Positions 60,191 to 63,424 of a stretch of DNA of 63,424 nt are shown one piece after another. The DNA comes from an uncultured Gemmatimonadales bacterium (lineage in GTDB: Bacteria > Gemmatimonadota > Gemmatimonadetes > Gemmatimonadales > GWC2-71-9). The notes under the pieces were generated by a model. The model was given only the letters and a program-made list of their open reading frames with translations, ran no database searches and was not told where the DNA came from. The stretch's first letter is position 1; each line of letters opens with the position of its first letter. The stretch spans positions 1 through 63,424 of the forward strand of contig CAWJMT010000006.1 of assembly GCA_963844035.1 (NCBI GenBank), written 5' to 3'. Both the position numbers and the translations under genes were made by a program.

Positions 60191-62325
60191 ATGACCTTCA
60201 AACACAAGCTGTCGCGTCGACTCGCCTCCATGAGGGGTGCGCCATGGCTCGTTGCATCCACCGTCGCGCTCGGGTCGTGCGAGGTGCCCATCGCCACCCC
60301 CACTGATCCAAGTCACCAGGTCGTCCAGGTCGTCGTCGTCCCCGAAAGTGTCAGCGTCGATCCACTGCAACAGATGAAGTTTGCGGCCTATGGCCGCACC
60401 GCGCAGCGGCGACAGCTCGGCTGTCACCGTCACCTGGAGCGCAACCGGCGGCCAGCATCACGCCCGACGGAATGTTCGCCGCCGATACCGCGGCCGGAGA
60501 CTTCGTGGTCTCGGGTGCCAGCGCCCCGCTCCAGCTTTCGGCGTCTTCACGGGTACGCGTCCGGCAGCGCGCCGTCGCAACGGTGAGCGTGAGTCCGGCG
60601 TCGGCGAGTGTGCCAGCCGGGCAGACGGTGCAGCTCACGGCGACCCCGCGGGATGCGAGCGGGAACGCGCTCACGGGCCGGGTCGTGACGTGGGCCAGCA
60701 ATAGCACCGCCGTCGCGACGGTGAGTGGCGAGCGGGCTCGTGACCGGCGTGAGCGCCGGGTCGGCGACGATCACGGCCACGAGCGAAGGGAAGAGCGGCA
60801 CGGCGGCGGTCACCGTGACGTTGGCGCCGGTCGCGTCGGTGAGCGTGAGTCCGGCGTCGGCGAGCGTGGCGGCGGGACAGACGGTGCAGCTCACGGCGAC
60901 GCCGCGCGATGCGAGTGGCAACGCGCTGGCCGGGCGGGTGTGACTTGGGCGAGCAGCAACACGGGCGGTGGCGACCGTGAACGGCAGCGGCCTGGTGACC
61001 GGCATCGCCGTCGGGTTGGCCACGATCACGGCGACGAGCGAGGGGAAGAGCGGCACCGCGGCGCGTCACCGTGGTGCCGGTCGCGTCAAACGCGGCCTTT
61101 CCGCTCCACGTGGATGCGGGGAAGCGCTACCTGGTCGACGCGCAGGGGAATCCCTTCCTGCTGCGGGGCGACGCCCCGTGGTCGCTGATCGTGCAGCTGA
61201 CCAACGCAGAAGCCGAGCAGTACCTCGAGGATCGGCGGCAGAAGGGGTTCAACACCGTGCTCGTGAACCTGATCGAGCACCAGTTTTCCGCCAATCCTCC
61301 GAAGAATGTCTACGGCGACGCGCCCTTCCTCACGCCGGGCGACTTCTCGACGCCCAACGAGGCGTACTTCGCCCACGCCGCCTACGTGATCAATCTGGCG
61401 GCCCAGAAGGGCATGCTGGTCCTGCTCACCCCCGCCTACATGGGGGCCGGCGGAGGGTCCGAGGGCTGGTATCAGGAGATGGTGGCCAACGGGACGACGA
61501 AGCTCAGCAACTACGGGACCTATCTGGCCAATCGCTTCCGGGCCTACGACAACATCGTCTGGGTCGAGGGCGGCGACTACAACCCGCCCAACCTCACCCT
61601 CCTGCGCGCCATTCCCAACGCGATCCGCGCGGTGGAGCCCGAAGTGGCTGCACACCTTCCACGGGTCCCGGGGCACCTCGGCCCTGGGCTTCCTGGGCAC
61701 GGCGGAGCCCTGGCTCCAGGTCAATGACATCTACACGGATCAAACGACCGTCGTGGCCAAGGCCTTCCAGGAATACGGCCGCTCGACGATGCCCTTCTTC
61801 CTGATCGAGGCCATCTACGAGGGCGAGGGTGCCAGCGAGGCGGCGGTGCGGCAGCAGGCGTATCAGACGGTGCTGTCAGGGGGCACGGGGCACGTCATGG
61901 GCAACCGCCCGATCTGGCTGTTCGGCAGCGGCTGGCAAACGGCGCTCAACAGCCGCGGGGCACGCACACTCTCGTACCTCCCGGCGCTGCTGACCGGCCG
62001 CGCCTGGTGGACGCTGGTGCCGGACATCGCTCACACCGTGCTCACCGCCGGCGTCAGCACCGGGAGCGACCAGGCCGCGACCGCCCGGGCGAGCGACGGC
62101 TCGTTCGTCCTCGCGTACCTGCCGAGCGCGCGCTCGGTGACGGTCAACCTGGCGCAGCTCAGCGGCCCCAATGTGGTCGCCCGCTGGTATGATCCCGCCA
62201 ACGGCACTTACGCGACCATCGCCGGCTCGCCCTTCGCGGCGAGCGGGACACGCACCTTCGCATCGGCCGGGGCGAACAGCAGCGGCTTCAGCGACTGGGT
62301 CCTGGTGCTCGAGTCCTCGCCGTAA
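60191..62325 (+). CDS. Lipoprotein: tandem Big_2 repeats + DUF4038 (GH140-like) + collagen-binding-like C-terminus, frameshifted
   Basis: Lipobox LGSC; VSVSPASASV.AGQTVQLTATPRDASGN x2; catalytic module near-identical to 58705-59948. Confidence 0.78.
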
Positions 62326-62418
62326 GGCGCTAAGCCTCGCATCACCGATCGCCCGGCGGGGCGTCCGTTGATCGGTCACGCCGTCCCAGTAAGACCCCCG
62401 ACACATTACCACAACGAT

Positions 62419-62462
62419 CGTGTTGTGGGTCACTGATCCAAACCTCCACTCATCGCCATCTT
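62419..62462 (+). promoter_or_regulatory. Second CRP/FNR-like box plus CATCTT
   Basis: CGTGT-TGTGGG-TCACT at 62419-62434; CATCTT at 62457-62462. Confidence 0.45.
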
Positions 62463-62651
62463 CGCACCCAGTTCTTCGCAAGCAGGTGGCACGCCGATGT
62501 CGATAATCCAGTTGGACGACATCCACACGGGCGATTGGACGCCGCAATTCCTCAGGTATCTTGCGTGCGTCGGCGCGCCACGTGCTCCGCGATGTGCCGA
62601 TCATCGCTTGAGACGGTGCCTAGATCGTAGGTCGGAGTTCTTCAGTACTAC

Positions 62652-62742
62652 CGCTGCCAAGAGCATAGCCGCCGAAAGGCGGTGACGCAGAGCTACGGGA
62701 CTACCGCGAGTCACGCTCGCCATGTCCGCCGGGCCGCCAGCG
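62652..62742 (+). ncRNA. GEMM-I (c-di-GMP-I class) riboswitch aptamer, A20 variant (second copy)
   Basis: Same architecture as 60060-60151; the three stem substitutions only exchange Watson-Crick and G-U pairs. Confidence 0.87.
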
Positions 62743-62748
62743 ATCGAC

Positions 62749-62789
62749 GAAGCGGGAAGCACGTCGAATGGTGGTCCGCTTCTTTTCTT
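62749..62789 (+). terminator. Putative intrinsic terminator in the riboswitch expression platform
   Basis: GAAGCGG (62749-62755) pairs with CCGCTTC (62776-62782), followed by TTTTCTT. Confidence 0.55.
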
Positions 62790-62813
62790 GGTGGACAACG
62801 GTGGGAGCCTACC

Positions 62814-63424
62814 ATGACCTTCAGTCGCACGCCGTCGCGTCGTTTCGCGCTCATGCGGGATGCACTGTTACTGCTTGTGTCCGTCTTCGCGTTCGGGTCG
62901 TGCGACACTCCCACTGCCCCACTCCCAGAGTATCGGTGGTACCTACCAGCGTCCCGTCGCAACCGTGCGCGTGAGCCCGACCTCGGCAAGTGTGATGGCG
63001 GGACAGACGGTCCAGCTCACTGCGACCCTGCGAGACGCCTACGGAAACAGACTCACCGGCCGCGTGGTGACCTGGACAACGAGCAATGCGGCCGTAGCGA
63101 CGGTGAGCAATATCGGGTTAGTGACGGGCGTGGCTGCCGGCTCAGCCACGATCACCGCCACGAGCGAGGGGAAGAGCGGGACCTCGGCCGTTACGGTGAC
63201 GGCGGTGCCAGTGGCATCGGTGAGCATGAGTCCGGCCTCCGGCAGTGTGCCGGTGGGACAGACACTCCAGATCACCGCCACCCCGCGGGATACGGGCGGC
63301 AGCGCGCTCACCGGCCGAGTGGTGACCTGGACCAGCAGCGATGCGGGCGTCGCAACCGTGAGCGGCAGCGGGTTGGTGACCGGCGTGGCCGCCGGATCCG
63401 CCACCATCACGGCGACGAGCGAGG
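62814..63424 (+). CDS. Lipoprotein with tandem Big_2 repeats (3'-truncated by window edge, frameshift ~62935)
   Basis: GGGAG RBS; MTFSRTPSRRF...FAFGSC lipobox; GQTVQLTATLRDAYGNRLTGRVVTWTTSN repeats. Confidence 0.8.
   Translation, partial: MTFSRTPSRRFALMRDALLLLVSVFAFGSCDTPTAPLPEYRWYLPASRRNRAREPDLGKCDGGTDGPAHCDPARRLRKQTHRPRGDLDNEQCGRSDGEQYRVSDGRGCRLSHDHRHERGEERDLGRYGDGGASGIGEHESGLRQCAGGTDTPDHRHPAGYGRQRAHRPSGDLDQQRCGRRNRERQRVGDRRGRRIRHHHGDER

Noticed and set aside
60570..63424. Repeated ~250-bp units as a CRISPR or other non-coding array
   Set aside because: They encode Big_2 domains; there is no repeat-spacer structure and no cas gene.

Overview
High-GC bacterial window, probably Gemmatimonadota-like (inferred from the Big_2 repeat style and gene content, not from a database search). 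Single-base indels split many conserved genes and look like long-read errors, so CDS boundaries below are reconstructed across frames. Almost the whole window is a surface-glycan locus. It has nucleotide-sugar enzymes (GDP-heptose-type GmhA/HddA/HddC, Fcl, DegT aminotransferase, RmlC, RfbF-like, C-methyltransferase), four phosphoglycosyl-transferase paralogues, and both Wzx/Wzy/Wza/Wzc and Wzm/Wzt export. It also carries sat-cysC, glmS, hflX, a signalling island (soluble histidine kinase, single REC, NarL-type regulator, two REC + degenerate GGDEF proteins, a sigma54 activator) and Ig-like (Big_2) lipoproteins with transglutaminase-like or DUF4038 (GH140-like) modules. The most interesting signal is non-coding. 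(i) Two GEMM-I (c-di-GMP-I class) riboswitches have A at the ligand-discriminating position 20, the cGAMP-type signature, and sit upstream of Big_2 genes. (ii) A TGTNGCA-N4-TGCNACA palindrome recurs next to sigma54 -24/-12 motifs at four intergenic sites. (iii) CRP/FNR-like boxes lie at about -41.5 of the Big_2 promoters. Together these suggest a multi-layer cyclic-dinucleotide/sigma54 circuit coupling exopolysaccharide synthesis to Ig-domain surface enzymes; the circuit itself is inference. No rRNA, tRNA, CRISPR array or transposase was recognised.
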